This document shows, one piece after another, positions 32,084 to 43,081 of a DNA stretch of 64,000 bases. The position numbers and the translations under genes were made by a program. Position 1 is the stretch's first letter. The number at the start of each line of letters is the position of its first letter. Under the pieces are notes generated by a model that saw only the letters and a list, made by a program, of their open reading frames with translations, had not been told where the DNA came from and searched no databases. Origin of the DNA: an uncultured Acidimicrobiia bacterium. GTDB taxonomy: Bacteria; Acidobacteriota; Terriglobia; Versatilivoradales; Versatilivoraceae. The stretch is taken from assembly GCA_963810905.1 (NCBI GenBank), contig CAWEPG010000009.1, positions 42,280-106,279 on the forward strand. Reading direction: 5' to 3'.

Positions 32084-33349
32084 CTAGGTCACACGCTCTA
32101 TATCGGCTCCTAGCCCTTTGAGCTTTTGCTCGATTTTCTCGTATCCTCGGTCGAGATGGTAGACGCGATCAATGACTGTTTCACCTTCCGCTACCAGACC
32201 CGCCAGGACCAGTGATGCACTTGCTCGGAGATCCGAAGCGATCACTTTCGCCCCCGTCAGTTTGGTTTTGCCAATGACAATGGCCCGATTCCCTTCAACC
32301 TTAATGTTCGCTCCCATTCGGATTATCTCACTGGCATGCATGAACCGGTTCTCGAAGATGGTTTCGGTGACAATCGAAGTGCCTTCGCTTTGAGTCATGA
32401 GCACCATGTACTGCGCTTGCATATCTGTAGCAAATCCCGGATATTCCGCAGTGATGACATCTTGTGATTGTATCCCGTTAGGAGTGCTGACCTTGAGCTC
32501 AGATGAGGAGATTCTCTCTACTTGTACCCCTGCCTTTTCAAGTTTCTCAATCACCGCTGAGAGGTGATCGGCCCGACAAGATTGAATCGTAATCTCGCCC
32601 TGACTGAGGGCACCAACTACCAAGAAGGTCCCAGTCTCAATCCTGTCCGGGAGAATGGAATGTTGAGCACCATGAAGTTTGGCGACGCCTTGGATCCGAA
32701 TGACACCTGTCCCATCCCCCGTGATTTTGGCCCCCATGTCCCGCAACAAATCTGCTAAATCACTAATTTCGGGCTCGCGAGCCGCATTATGGAGCACAGT
32801 TTCCCCATCAGCTAATACGGCTGCCATGATCAGATTCTCAGTTCCTGTCACAGTGATCCGGTCGAAAAAAATCTCAGCGCCTTTTAATCGGGTTACTTTT
32901 GCCTCAACATATCCATGTTCAATCGTAATGTTGGCTCCTAATTTCTCAAGTGCCTTAATGTGCAGGTCAATAGGTCTGGCTCCAATAGCGCATCCTCCAG
33001 GGAGTGAGACTCGAGCGCTTCCAAAACGGGCTAACAGGGGACCAAGGACCAGTACCGAAGCCCGCATAGTCTTCACTAGTTCGTAAGGCGCTTCCCAAGA
33101 GTTCAATTGACGCGAACTGAGGGTGCAAATATTTGAGTCTGATACCTTTGCCAAGTCAACATCACACCCGAGTTCCTTGAGTAGTTGCCCGGTTGTCTGA
33201 ATATCCCTCACGCAGGGAACATTCAATAGGGATAATTGGTCTTCGGTCAGCAGCGCAGCGACCATGCAGGGCAGGGCAGCGTTTTTTGCTCCACTAATGC
33301 GAACTGTTCCATGGAGCGGTCGTCCGCCTCTGACGAGGAGTTTGTCCAT
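32084..33349 (-). CDS. murA: UDP-N-acetylglucosamine 1-carboxyvinyltransferase
   Basis: SGAKNA, MRAS, LPGGCAIGARP, DRIE, DLRA and LDRGYE. Confidence 0.98.
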   Translation of the reverse strand: MDKLLVRGGRPLHGTVRISGAKNAALPCMVAALLTEDQLSLLNVPCVRDIQTTGQLLKELGCDVDLAKVSDSNICTLSSRQLNSWEAPYELVKTMRASVLVLGPLLARFGSARVSLPGGCAIGARPIDLHIKALEKLGANITIEHGYVEAKVTRLKGAEIFFDRITVTGTENLIMAAVLADGETVLHNAAREPEISDLADLLRDMGAKITGDGTGVIRIQGVAKLHGAQHSILPDRIETGTFLVVGALSQGEITIQSCRADHLSAVIEKLEKAGVQVERISSSELKVSTPNGIQSQDVITAEYPGFATDMQAQYMVLMTQSEGTSIVTETIFENRFMHASEIIRMGANIKVEGNRAIVIGKTKLTGAKVIASDLRASASLVLAGLVAEGETVIDRVYHLDRGYEKIEQKLKGLGADIERVT

Positions 33350-33380
33350 TAATAGCCTCTTGTTGGTTTCTATTTTTTAA

Positions 33381-33453
33381 TAATAAAGCGCGCTCGCTAA
33401 GCGCGCCGCAAACTTAGAATCAGGGACGGCGGTCTCAGCGAGACCAAGCTGTC
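33381..33453. repeat. REPIN-like element
   Basis: GCGCGCTCGCTAAGCGCGCC ... GGCGGTCTCAGCGAGACC. Confidence 0.65.
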
Positions 33454-33463
33454 AACAACTGCT

Positions 33464-34645
33464 TTACTGGCGTCGATACACGAGTCGTCCTTCGCAAAAA
33501 GTCATTTGCACATTCAAATCATCGTCCAGCAAGACTATATCTGCATCGAGGCCAGGTTCGATACTTCCTTTTTGGTTGGCAATTCCGATGGACTGAGCCG
33601 GATTCCGGCTTGTCATAAAGGAGGCTTCAGCCAAGCTCACCTTTGTCCACCGCATCATGTTTTGAAGGGCACGATCTTGAGTAAGGGTGCTCCCAGCTAG
33701 TCGCCCTTCGAGGTTGCGGCAAACTCCTTTGGTAACCATAACTCGTAGCGGTCCAACCTGATACTCTCCATCGGGCTGGCCGCAAGCGCTGATGGCATCG
33801 GTGACGAGCAGAATCTTATGAGGCCCTTTGCATCTGAGTAGAATCTCAACAACCGTAGAATCAACGTGTACCCCATCGGCAATTAATTCTGCCCAGATAC
33901 TATCGTCTGCCAAAACAGCTCCCAAAATCCCCGGATCGCGGTGATTGAATTCACGCATGGCGTTAAATGCATGAGTCGCATTGGTGATGCCCGCTCGAAT
34001 GGATTCTTTTGCCTCCTCAAAATTTGCATTGGAATGCCCCATAGACACTAGAATTCCCATTGACCGTGCATGGCGAATGAATTCTAAACCGCCGGGGGCT
34101 TCCGGAGCCATTGTTATAAGCTTGATCTGATTGTTCGACCACTTGACGAATTCATCGAGAGTTGGAATAGATGGATTGCGAATAAATTCAGCCGGGTGCA
34201 CCCCCCTTTTCTTTTCACTGATGAATGGGCCTTCTAGGTGTAGTCCCATGATCCTCGCGCCGCCTGTTTCCTCTGGGATCAGCCTCCCCAAGCTTTCAAC
34301 GGCCTGCAAGGTGGCAAAGGGTGAAGCCGTAACCGTCGTCGCAAGATAAGCGGTTGTTCCATGGCCGGCCAGAAATCGAGAAATCACTTCAACAGCTTCC
34401 CGGGTTCCCTCCATGACATCCCGGCCATTACTGCCATGAATATGAATGTCAACAAAACCCGGAACTAGAGTTGAATTTTCACAGTGATAAATCTCAAACT
34501 CACGATCATCAAAATGAACCGTAAAGCGGTTATCGACCTCGAGTATCTTTTTCCCTTCGATGAGCACAACGCCTTGTGGAATAACTCTTTCAGGTGTTAT
34601 GACTTTTTTCGCATATATCGCCAGTTTGGTCATGACTAGTCTCAC
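33464..34645 (-). CDS. nagA: N-acetylglucosamine-6-phosphate deacetylase
   Basis: PGFVDIHIHG, HLEGPF, THAFNAM, DGVH, VTDA and LAGS. Confidence 0.96.
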   Translation of the reverse strand: MRLVMTKLAIYAKKVITPERVIPQGVVLIEGKKILEVDNRFTVHFDDREFEIYHCENSTLVPGFVDIHIHGSNGRDVMEGTREAVEVISRFLAGHGTTAYLATTVTASPFATLQAVESLGRLIPEETGGARIMGLHLEGPFISEKKRGVHPAEFIRNPSIPTLDEFVKWSNNQIKLITMAPEAPGGLEFIRHARSMGILVSMGHSNANFEEAKESIRAGITNATHAFNAMREFNHRDPGILGAVLADDSIWAELIADGVHVDSTVVEILLRCKGPHKILLVTDAISACGQPDGEYQVGPLRVMVTKGVCRNLEGRLAGSTLTQDRALQNMMRWTKVSLAEASFMTSRNPAQSIGIANQKGSIEPGLDADIVLLDDDLNVQMTFCEGRLVYRRQ

Positions 34646-34775
34646 GCCTCAAAAATCTAAATTGCCAAGGCTAAACGCCAATTGATGGAACAGCCGCCCC
34701 GGCCAGTGGCCCTAGTCCCAAAAATAAACGTTTTTTGGATCGGCAACGTATTTCAACGCCAGCCGGGAGGTGGCC

Positions 34776-35699
34776 TTAGCGGTTTGACCGGGTTCTTGAT
34801 TTCGATAACTTCTTTTCCAATCGCTCCCCTAATGCAACACGCAAGTCATAATGGGCCTCTTTTAACCGTCTAAGAGCTGCGACACGGCCTAACCCACATT
34901 TCGACATAACCACTGCCAGTTTAAGATTTCCTCTCGCTTCAGCCAGGGCTTTGCTCGCCCTTTCAAAATTAATACCCGTTGCCGCCATGATGATCCTGCA
35001 TCCGCGCTCCCGTAACTTCTCGTTATGCATTTGAACATTGATCATCAAGTTACTGTATACATAACCCATTCGGATCATCACGGCCGTCGAAATCATATTG
35101 AGAACGAGTTTCTGGGCTGTTCCGGCTTTCATACGAGTTGATCCTGTAAGAATCTCCGGACCAACAACCGGAGCAATTGATACTTCAGCCATTTTTGCCA
35201 TTCTGGAGTTTGGGTTACAGCTAATACTGATTACTTGGGCGCGAATGGATTGAGCATACTTCATTGCCCCTATCGTGAAAGGGGTATTTCCACTGGCAGC
35301 AATGCCTGCGACGACGTCATTTGAGCTCAATTTTCGGCGTTTCATAGCAGTAGCCCCCGCTTTTTCATTATCTTCGACGGCTTCTACAGATTGAAAAAGG
35401 GCTCTTACACCTCCTGCAACGACTCCTTGCACTCGCATTGGGCTAACGTCAAAAGTCGGCGGGCATTCACTTGCATCCAGCACGCCCAAGCGTCCGCTCG
35501 TTCCGGCCCCAACGTAAATCAAGCGCCCGCCCTTCTTGAATGCCGCCACGACCAAATCAACCGCTCGGACAATTTGAGAGATCTCACTGGCCACAGTGGA
35601 CGCAACTATCCGATCTTCGCGATTAATCATTCGCAAAATTTCTTCTGTGGATTTGAGGTCGATCTCAAGGGAATTCGGGTTTCGGTCTTCAGTAAGCAA
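34776..35699 (-). CDS. murQ: N-acetylmuramic acid 6-phosphate etherase
   Basis: GAGTSGRLGVLDASECPPTF and GPEILTGSTRMKAGTAQKLVLNM. Confidence 0.97.
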   Translation of the reverse strand: MLTEDRNPNSLEIDLKSTEEILRMINREDRIVASTVASEISQIVRAVDLVVAAFKKGGRLIYVGAGTSGRLGVLDASECPPTFDVSPMRVQGVVAGGVRALFQSVEAVEDNEKAGATAMKRRKLSSNDVVAGIAASGNTPFTIGAMKYAQSIRAQVISISCNPNSRMAKMAEVSIAPVVGPEILTGSTRMKAGTAQKLVLNMISTAVMIRMGYVYSNLMINVQMHNEKLRERGCRIIMAATGINFERASKALAEARGNLKLAVVMSKCGLGRVAALRRLKEAHYDLRVALGERLEKKLSKSRTRSNR

Positions 35700-35760
35700 G
35701 TTATCGGACCTTTGTATGGAATGTAGCCAAATCCTTATAAAAGACTTTGGGAGTGGTTGG

Positions 35761-35830
35761 GTAGGGCGCGCTCATTGAGCGCTGTGCGAAACCAAAATGA
35801 GGTCGGGCGGTCTCAATGAGGCCACTCGAC
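35761..35830. repeat. REPIN-like element
   Basis: GTAGGGCGCGCTCATTGAGCGC ... GGCGGTCTCAATGAGGCC. Confidence 0.65.
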
Positions 35831-35882
35831 CGAGACAAGCCTACCAACAAGCATCTTACGTACGAACCGCCCGCCTATCGCA

Positions 35883-36926
35883 TCAGAGTGTCTTTGTAAC
35901 TTTTTGTAATGATCGGGGCCGGTCTGGGCTCAGTCCTTTTACCTCTGAAAGAAATGCCGCAAAAAGTTGTCCCGGAACAATGTAAGGGATTGGTGAAAGA
36001 AATTCATTTATCTTTTGAGGAATCCGAATTTCACGAGTAGCCAGATTCAAAATAGACGGTTCACTCGAAATGATGAGCGTCTCTGCTCTAAGCCGCCTTA
36101 GTTGTTGGGCGAGAGAGTGCATATTGCTGAAAGTTTTCCCGGGAGGCGCGAAGACAAAAACAGGAAAACCCTTCTCAATCATGGCTACGGGCCCGTGCTG
36201 AAAGTCGGCAGAAGAGAACCGTTCAGAAATCACGTAACAGGTTTCCATCAGCTTGATGGCCAATTCATAGGCATTCGCATAGTTCAGTCCTCTACCCACG
36301 ACAATGCAATGGTCCATGAAACGATATCTCTCGACGATCGACTCAATTTGAGGTGACAATTTAAGAACTTCAGATGTCATTTCAGGTATGCGCTGCAAAC
36401 GATCCGCGCCTTTGCCATTTTGCAGAGCCGAAGCTAAAAGGTAAAAAATGAGAAGCTGAGTAGTGTAAGTCTTGGTAGCCGCTACGCTAAGCTCTCTTCC
36501 GGCCCGAATCAGGAAGAACTCATGTACGATGTCACACATCGGGGAAGTGGCATCGTTGGTAATCCCCAGCGTATAGGCACCAGAATCTCGGGCACTCTCC
36601 AAGACATAATTGACATCAGTCCCTTCCCCGGATTGGGAGATTCCAACCACGAGTGCGTCTTTCATTCTTAGTTTTGAACGGTAAAGCGTGTGAACCGATG
36701 GGGCGGCCAGAGAGACCGGAATTTTCAAAGCAATCTCAAGCAAGTATCTCCCAAACAACGCGGCATTGTCGGAAGAACCGCGCGCGACCAGGACAATCAA
36801 ACGGATATCACGTGACGAGAGGAATTTTCCGAACTTGAGCACTTTTCTGGTCTCCAATTGCAAAGTCCGAGCGAGTGCCTCCGGCTGCTCCGCAATCTCT
36901 TTCAGCATGAGAGACATTGTCTTCAT
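35883..36926 (-). CDS. Double SIS-domain protein, probable glucosamine-6-phosphate deaminase (GlmS C-terminal type)
   Basis: EIAEQP, ARGSSDNA, SQSG, VAATKT, HGP and PRSLQKVT; no glutaminase domain. Confidence 0.88.
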   Translation of the reverse strand: MKTMSLMLKEIAEQPEALARTLQLETRKVLKFGKFLSSRDIRLIVLVARGSSDNAALFGRYLLEIALKIPVSLAAPSVHTLYRSKLRMKDALVVGISQSGEGTDVNYVLESARDSGAYTLGITNDATSPMCDIVHEFFLIRAGRELSVAATKTYTTQLLIFYLLASALQNGKGADRLQRIPEMTSEVLKLSPQIESIVERYRFMDHCIVVGRGLNYANAYELAIKLMETCYVISERFSSADFQHGPVAMIEKGFPVFVFAPPGKTFSNMHSLAQQLRRLRAETLIISSEPSILNLATREIRIPQKINEFLSPIPYIVPGQLFAAFLSEVKGLSPDRPRSLQKVTKTL

Positions 36927-37012
36927 GGTATAAAAGCCTTGGTGATAGGGAATGCTGGCCGTCTGGGCCGAGAACTTTAACAAACTATATCTGCGGTCTC
37001 AGCGAGATCGCC

Positions 37013-39845
37013 TTACCTGTGCTTCTTTGAGCTAGCCTCAATCACTTTGACGACTGCATCGGAAAAATGTCGACGAAATTCACGAATCGCGTTGTTTTTT
37101 CGAGATGGATAGACTCGATTGGTGAGGAGAACTATGAAAAGTTCCCGCGAAGGGTCAATCCAAATCGATGTGCCTGTGAACCCCGTGTGGCCGAATGCAT
37201 TTGAAGAAAGCAAGTTCCCTGCAGAACTCCCTTCCGAAGGGGTATCCCATCCCAGGGCCCGGCTGCTATTGGCAGGCTGCTGCTGGCGAGCCGTGAATTT
37301 ATCCAGGGTGCTCCGGAAAACCACGCGATGGTGATCGTAGACTCCCCCGTTAAGTATCATCTGGCAAAAAATGGCCAAGTCTCCGGAGGTCCCGAACAAT
37401 CCGGCATGGCCAGCAACTCCTCCCATTGCAAAAGTGTTCTCATCATGAACTTCACCTCGAAGCAATCGTTTTCTCCACGGATCGTGCTCAGTGGGCGCTA
37501 TTTTGGATTTTAAGTTAGCTGGAGGATTAAACAGAGTTTGGGACATTCCCAATGGGCGGAAAATTTCCTCGAATGAAAGAGTGTCCAATGTCAGTCCGGT
37601 TAATTTTTCGATGACATCACCCAGCAGGATCATTCCAAGGTCACTATATTCTGCTTTGCAGCCCGTTCTAAAATCTAAAGGGAGATTGAGAATCTTTTTG
37701 ACTATTTCCCGTTTCCCGTCGACTTGGCGATACAAAGGCCGGTGTGCAGGCAGTCCCGATGTGTGCGTCAGCAGATGAAACAAAGTAATCTTTTCTCTTC
37801 CGCCGCCTGTGAATGATGGATAAAAGCGAATGAGCGGATCGTCCAACTTCAACAGTCCTTGTTCGAAGAGTTGCATTGCCAGAGTCGTTGTAGAAACAAC
37901 TTTTGTCAGCGAAGCCAGATCATAGATGGTATCTGCCGTCACAGCAGGGCTTTTCGCGGAGTAGGAAAACTTACCATAACCGTGGTGAAAAACGAGGCTG
38001 TTGCGATATCCAATAGCCACCGAGGCTCCCGGGAAGGACCGCTTTTCGATTTCTGGAATGAAAAGATCATCCAGTGTGGTCTGAAGGGCTAAGCGCAATG
38101 CGAATAACTCTTTCGTATTACTCTGACACTTTGCTATTGATAAATCCGTCAAACGCATTTCGAACCTGTTTCGAAGAATTCCAGTACCTAGTTCAGCGAT
38201 CTTGGGGATCGTAATTGGCAGTCTTCCACGCATGTCAATCTCACCCAAAAGGGCTTTGACCGCCGAACGCTGGGAGACATCTGCGTTACTAAAGGTGCAT
38301 ATGTACAACGGAATTCGGGGGAATCCTTCAATGATGTAAGGGTTTCCAAATGCAATGGTAGCGACCGGTTGATTCAGTGACGAAAGCCTTTGAACCCAAT
38401 TCGCCAGCTTCTCTGGCAGTCCGACTGTGCCGGTCGCTGTGACCACCCTTGCAAACGCGGCACAAATGATGAAGTCTGCTTGCGCGGCAGACTGGAATGC
38501 CGCCTCCATTTCAGAGCTTGTCGATGAAGAGGCAATGTATGAAAAGGAAATTTGCTCGAGCCGATCTTTCAATTCTTTTTCGAAAACACTGGTCTCCTCT
38601 TGTGCGCCTCTTCCCAAGACAAGGCTAACGTGCACCGATCGTAGACGACGAACGTCTACCGGAACAATTTTGTTTTGGTCGCGTACCAATGTCATGGAGG
38701 CATCGGTCAATTCTTGTACCTGCTTCTGCAATACCGGACTATTGATTACCCGGCTGACTTGCCGCAGGTCAAAGCGGGGCTTTGTTGTCAATCCTAGCCA
38801 GACATTTGGCTTTCAAGATCTTATTGACAGAACGGTCGATTTGTCTTGGATCAATTTCTTTCCTCTGCACCGCACTGAGAAGGGCTTCATAGACAACACC
38901 TGGATTAGGGGGATCCAGCAATACATCAACCCCGGCATTGACAGCACGAACCGCCGCATCTCCGACCCAATAGTTTTCGGTAAGTCCAGACATGGTGAGG
39001 GAGTCAGTCACGATAAGTCTTGAAAAGCCAAGTTCCTTTTGGAGGATGTCCGTCAGTATTCGGCTGGAGAGTGTTGCGGGAAGTCCTGGCGTTGGCTCTA
39101 CGGATGGGACACTGATATGCGCTGACATGACTGACCAAACACCAGCTTTTATTGCTTCCTTGAATGGAGTCCACTCGACGGATTCTAATCGCTTTCGCCT
39201 GGCGTGGATGACAGGCAATGACAAATGGGAATCAATATTGGTATCACCATGCCCGGGAAAATGCTTGGCAGTTGCCAGGACGCCTGTTTCCTGAACTCCT
39301 CGTATGAATGCGACGCCCAAACGGGCCACCAATTCAGGATCGCCACCGTAAGAGCGAATGTTGATCACCGGGTTTCTGGGGTTGTTGTTGACGTCCAGCA
39401 CTGGAGCAAAGATCCAATTGACCCCTAGAACCCGAGCTTCTTGCCCTGTGGATTTTCCCTGAAAATAGGCCCACTGTTCCGAATCGGTGGCCCCCAAGGC
39501 CATGTTCCATGGGGGGGAAAGAGTATTGCGGATACGGAAACTGGCTCCTCGCTCAAAATCGGAGGCGACAAAAAGAGGTATTTCTGCAAACGACTGAAGC
39601 CTGTCGATCAATACAGCGGATTCATAAACGTCCCCGGCGTACAATATGAACCCACCGACATGACAATGCGTGATTTGACGTTTGAGTTCAAGGAACTCAG
39701 GACATGAGGAACTCAGGTAGATCCCTCGGAAGGCTGGCATGATCATCTGCCCGACCTTCTCTTCAAGCGATAACTTTCGAAAAGTCTTCTTGACCCAACT
39801 GAGGCCGAGGGATTTCTTCGAGCTTACTTTTTTTTCAGGGGCCAT
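37013..39845 (-). CDS. GH3 beta-N-acetylglucosaminidase (NagZ-like) fused to a serine hydrolase (AmiE/beta-lactamase fold); frameshift near 38800
   Basis: KHFPGHGDTNIDSH (NagZ motif); C-terminal SLTK (SxxK), YSD and GHTGFTGT. The two ORFs overlap and join with a 1-nt shift. Confidence 0.88.
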
Positions 39846-39907
39846 CAGAAAGTTAGGATTCCTGCTGACAAAATAAGAGTCGAAATAAGGCTGACTTGCC
39901 TATCCAT

Positions 39908-40884
39908 TTATCGAAATCGAGGTAAATGGACTATATCTTCAGTCGGGACTAGTTCTACGGGTTTTCCAGATCGCTGCCAGGCCGAGTATCCACCTTCGAT
40001 GGCATAGGCATTGTATCCATTCTCCCGGAGAATATACGCCACACGGGCGCTGGTTGCTTCGCGCAGTCAGGTGCAATACAAGTAAATTTCCTTGTCCTTC
40101 GACAGCTGGTGCATTTCATGCGGGAGACTGTTTGGCTCAAGGCGAATCGAACCTGGGATCCGCATGGCTCCAACATCATAGTACCCGTGGCTTCGCGTAT
40201 CCGCGACAATAACTTTTTCCTTGCTCTCCTGCGAGTTCAACTTCTCTGCCAATTCGTCTACTTGAATTCTGAGGTACGTCTCTAAATCGTCGAGTTTTCC
40301 TGTAGTTGCGGAGTCGTTGGATGAGATAGAGAGTCAGGCAAAACAACAGGATCCATTCGACTACTCGCGTGTAGGACGTAAAGCCAAGAAGGATATCAGT
40401 CAGTAAATGGCTGAAGAAGAATCCGAGGCCAAAGAAAGGGAAAACATAGAGGCAAGATGCCAGGAAGTCCCAGCCAAGGAACTCCAGCACCTTCATGTTC
40501 ATACTTCCCGCCATCGGGGGAGCCATGGTGTTAACTGCCGGGATAAACTTGGAAAACAACAAGGTCAACCGGCCATGTTTGTAGAACGACTCTGCGGATC
40601 TTAAGATACAATCTTCCGGGTTGTCAAAAAAGCGGCAGAGAAAACCTAAGATAGCCCAGCCTGTATAGCGGCCTGCCAGGAAAAGGATAAAATCTCCCAA
40701 TAACATGGATACGATAGCGAGTGAGATTACCTTAGAAAATGCGAGTGTTCCAAATGCACAAGCCGCTCCACCTGGCTACGAGTATTGGAACAGCAGGCAA
40801 AGGGAGTCCAATGGCTTCAAGAAATACATTGAAGAATATGATCCAATATCCGTAGTGCTTGAGGAGATTGCCGACCTCTAGCAT
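39908..40884 (-). CDS. DedA/VTT membrane domain + rhodanese fusion, probable selenoprotein; two 1-nt frameshifts (near 40772 and 40272) and an in-frame TGA at 40067-40069
   Basis: Reconstructed FLEAIGLPLPA...LGD...SKFIP...(rhodanese) DTRSHGYY...RIPGSIR...LYCT[TGA]LREATSARVA...IEGGYSAW...stop TAA at 39908. Confidence 0.8.
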
Positions 40885-41379
40885 ATCCTGTCATCCTTAA
40901 TATTTGGCTGATTTGCCCTGCTTCCAGATGAAAGGGGAAAGGCAAACTTATTGCATTGTAACTGAAATCCTTGAATTATGAGGGAGTGAATTCATGAGAA
41001 AGATGTCGCCTTTATCAATCCGGTGCCTCATCCACGGTGCAGAACTCCCACAACAGGTCCTTGCCACGGACAAGCTCATCACCGTCCAGATGAATACTTA
41101 TTTCGTCGGAAATTCGAAATGCCAGGCATCCAGTAAACAGAGGGCGCTTCATGGGAGAGTTCAAGGTAAGAGGGTTTCGGAAGGTTTTTCCGTAAGACTT
41201 ATGGCAGGCAAACGTGGCCGAGATAAATTTCTGTCTATTTGAGGATCTGTCTGTCCTTGAGGGAATCAATCATACCCCCCAAAGAGGCGCTTCGTGGCAC
41301 GCTTTGAGTGGAATGATCGTTCGGTGAGATGGAAAACTGGCCAAGATACGGGCCCCATTGAAAGAGCATTCACCCGAAG

Positions 41380-41817
41380 TTAGTAACTTCCCCCGGCGAT
41401 GTAGGATTCCAGTTGCTCAATCATAAACTCTTGATCAGAGATGATCGCTTTTACAACATCACCGATTGAGATGAGCCCGATGATACGACCACCCTCTATA
41501 GCGGGGAGATGTCGGATATGTTTGTCAGTCATTCGCGCCATGCACTCTCTCACAGAATGGGAAGGACTAACACAATCAACTTTCTCAGTCATGATTTCGC
41601 AAACAGGCATGTCCTTGGAGGATTTTCCATGGAGGACGACTTTTCGGGCATAATCCCTTTCTGAAAAGATACCCCTTAGCTTTTCTCCTTCAAGCACAAC
41701 CAAAGCCCCTACATTCTTATCCGCCATCACTTGTAGAGCCTCAAAGACGCTTGTTTCAGGGGTAACCGACCAAACAGCAGATCCTTTAATTTTCAGAAGT
41801 TGATTGACAGTCATCAC
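41380..41817 (-). CDS. CBS-pair protein
   Basis: VGALVV, GIFSERDYARKV, HIRHLP and ISIGDVVK. Confidence 0.92.
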   Translation of the reverse strand: MMTVNQLLKIKGSAVWSVTPETSVFEALQVMADKNVGALVVLEGEKLRGIFSERDYARKVVLHGKSSKDMPVCEIMTEKVDCVSPSHSVRECMARMTDKHIRHLPAIEGGRIIGLISIGDVVKAIISDQEFMIEQLESYIAGGSY

Positions 41818-42053
41818 GGGTACCTCCCCTTAAAATAAATGTGAGTATGCCCAATCTCAGGCCCGTCGACAGCTGTATGCCGTTTGTCATCTCGTCTATT
41901 GGAGTCTTCTAGTGGGACGATTCAGTTGAGTCTGTGATTTCTTTTACAATAACCCTTCGGACAAAAAGAATCAATAAGGATTTAGCAAGTCAGGGAAACA
42001 TATTTCTCTGCCCGGAGTATCTCAAATCAGTAGTAACAATTCATTGAATCGAC

Positions 42054-42881
42054 TTATTTTTCCCCGTAAATTGACCCCTCAGGTTTCTGATGAGAGATTA
42101 CTCCTCCGCGTACCTTATTCAGCAGGTCGCTAGCCGCACTCTTCATCATGCCCAGTTCCGTGTTGGCTTGAAAAAACCGGAAGCCCTCAGAGATTAATTG
42201 TCTGATTTCTTCAGCGTTCCCGCTCGGATAGCCGACCGGGACGCCATATTTCTTGCCGGCAGCCAAAACCTTCGAGATCGCTTCTTTTACCAGAGGGTGA
42301 TGGCGCTGACCGCCAACGCCCAGTGAATACGACAAATCGCTCGCTCCGATGAAGAGGACGTCGATACCCGGGACAGAGGCGATCTGTTCAATATTCTCCA
42401 CAGCTTGCTTTTGTTCGATGATCGTGATCACCAGAACATTCTCATTGGCAAATTGCGTATACTCCTGCCCCACATAGTCCCAACGAGGTATTGCTAAACT
42501 TGGCCCAAATCCTCGGATCCCCAAGGGCGGATATTTGCAGGATTGGACTGCCTGTTCTGCCAGCTCCCGTGTATTTGTGAAAGGGAAGCAAACACCGAGG
42601 CTCCCGATATCCAGAACGCGCTTGGCCATCCAGGGTTCATTAACTGGGACTCGTGTCATGGGAACGGCCTGCATTCCACGAGTTGCCAGGATCATGGAGC
42701 GCACCGTTTCAAGAGTCACTGGGCTGTGTTCCATCTCGATCCATAGAAAATCAAACCCGCTGCTCGCCAATGTGGCGGCAACATCCGGGCTAGCTACCGT
42801 GATCGTGGCGCCGATTACGGGCTTGCCCTGCTTAAGTGCCAACTTCATAGGGTTTTGGAAAATCATATTTGTGTCAGTCAT
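42054..42881 (-). CDS. HpcH/HpaI family aldolase
   Basis: FDFLWIEMEHSP, KYPPLGIRG and FIGASDLS. Confidence 0.9.
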   Translation of the reverse strand: MTDTNMIFQNPMKLALKQGKPVIGATITVASPDVAATLASSGFDFLWIEMEHSPVTLETVRSMILATRGMQAVPMTRVPVNEPWMAKRVLDIGSLGVCFPFTNTRELAEQAVQSCKYPPLGIRGFGPSLAIPRWDYVGQEYTQFANENVLVITIIEQKQAVENIEQIASVPGIDVLFIGASDLSYSLGVGGQRHHPLVKEAISKVLAAGKKYGVPVGYPSGNAEEIRQLISEGFRFFQANTELGMMKSAASDLLNKVRGGVISHQKPEGSIYGEK

Positions 42882-43081
42882 AGTTTTTGTCAGTAACCTT
42901 TCAATATTGAAGTGATCTGGAACGAAATGAATTCTATAAGACGCTCTCCGTTTTTGGCTATCTTAACAGAGGCTCAATCTTAGCTCCCCTTTAATTTTCT
43001 ATTCTACTGGGACATCGGAGGGGATGCTTTTATCCATTCGTATTGGAATGCCCATGATCTCGACTCCTGAGTATATTTTCG

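Noticed and set aside
27841-37012. CRISPR array
   Set aside because: The repeats are dispersed, degenerate palindromes kilobases apart, with no regular spacers and no cas genes.
37013-38150. Beta-lactam resistance gene
   Set aside because: The SxxK hydrolase is fused to a NagZ-like GH3 within a recycling operon, which fits an AmiE-like amidase better.
40994-41269. Overlapping 82-aa and 84-aa ORFs
   Set aside because: No recognisable similarity; they lie on opposite strands over the same DNA.
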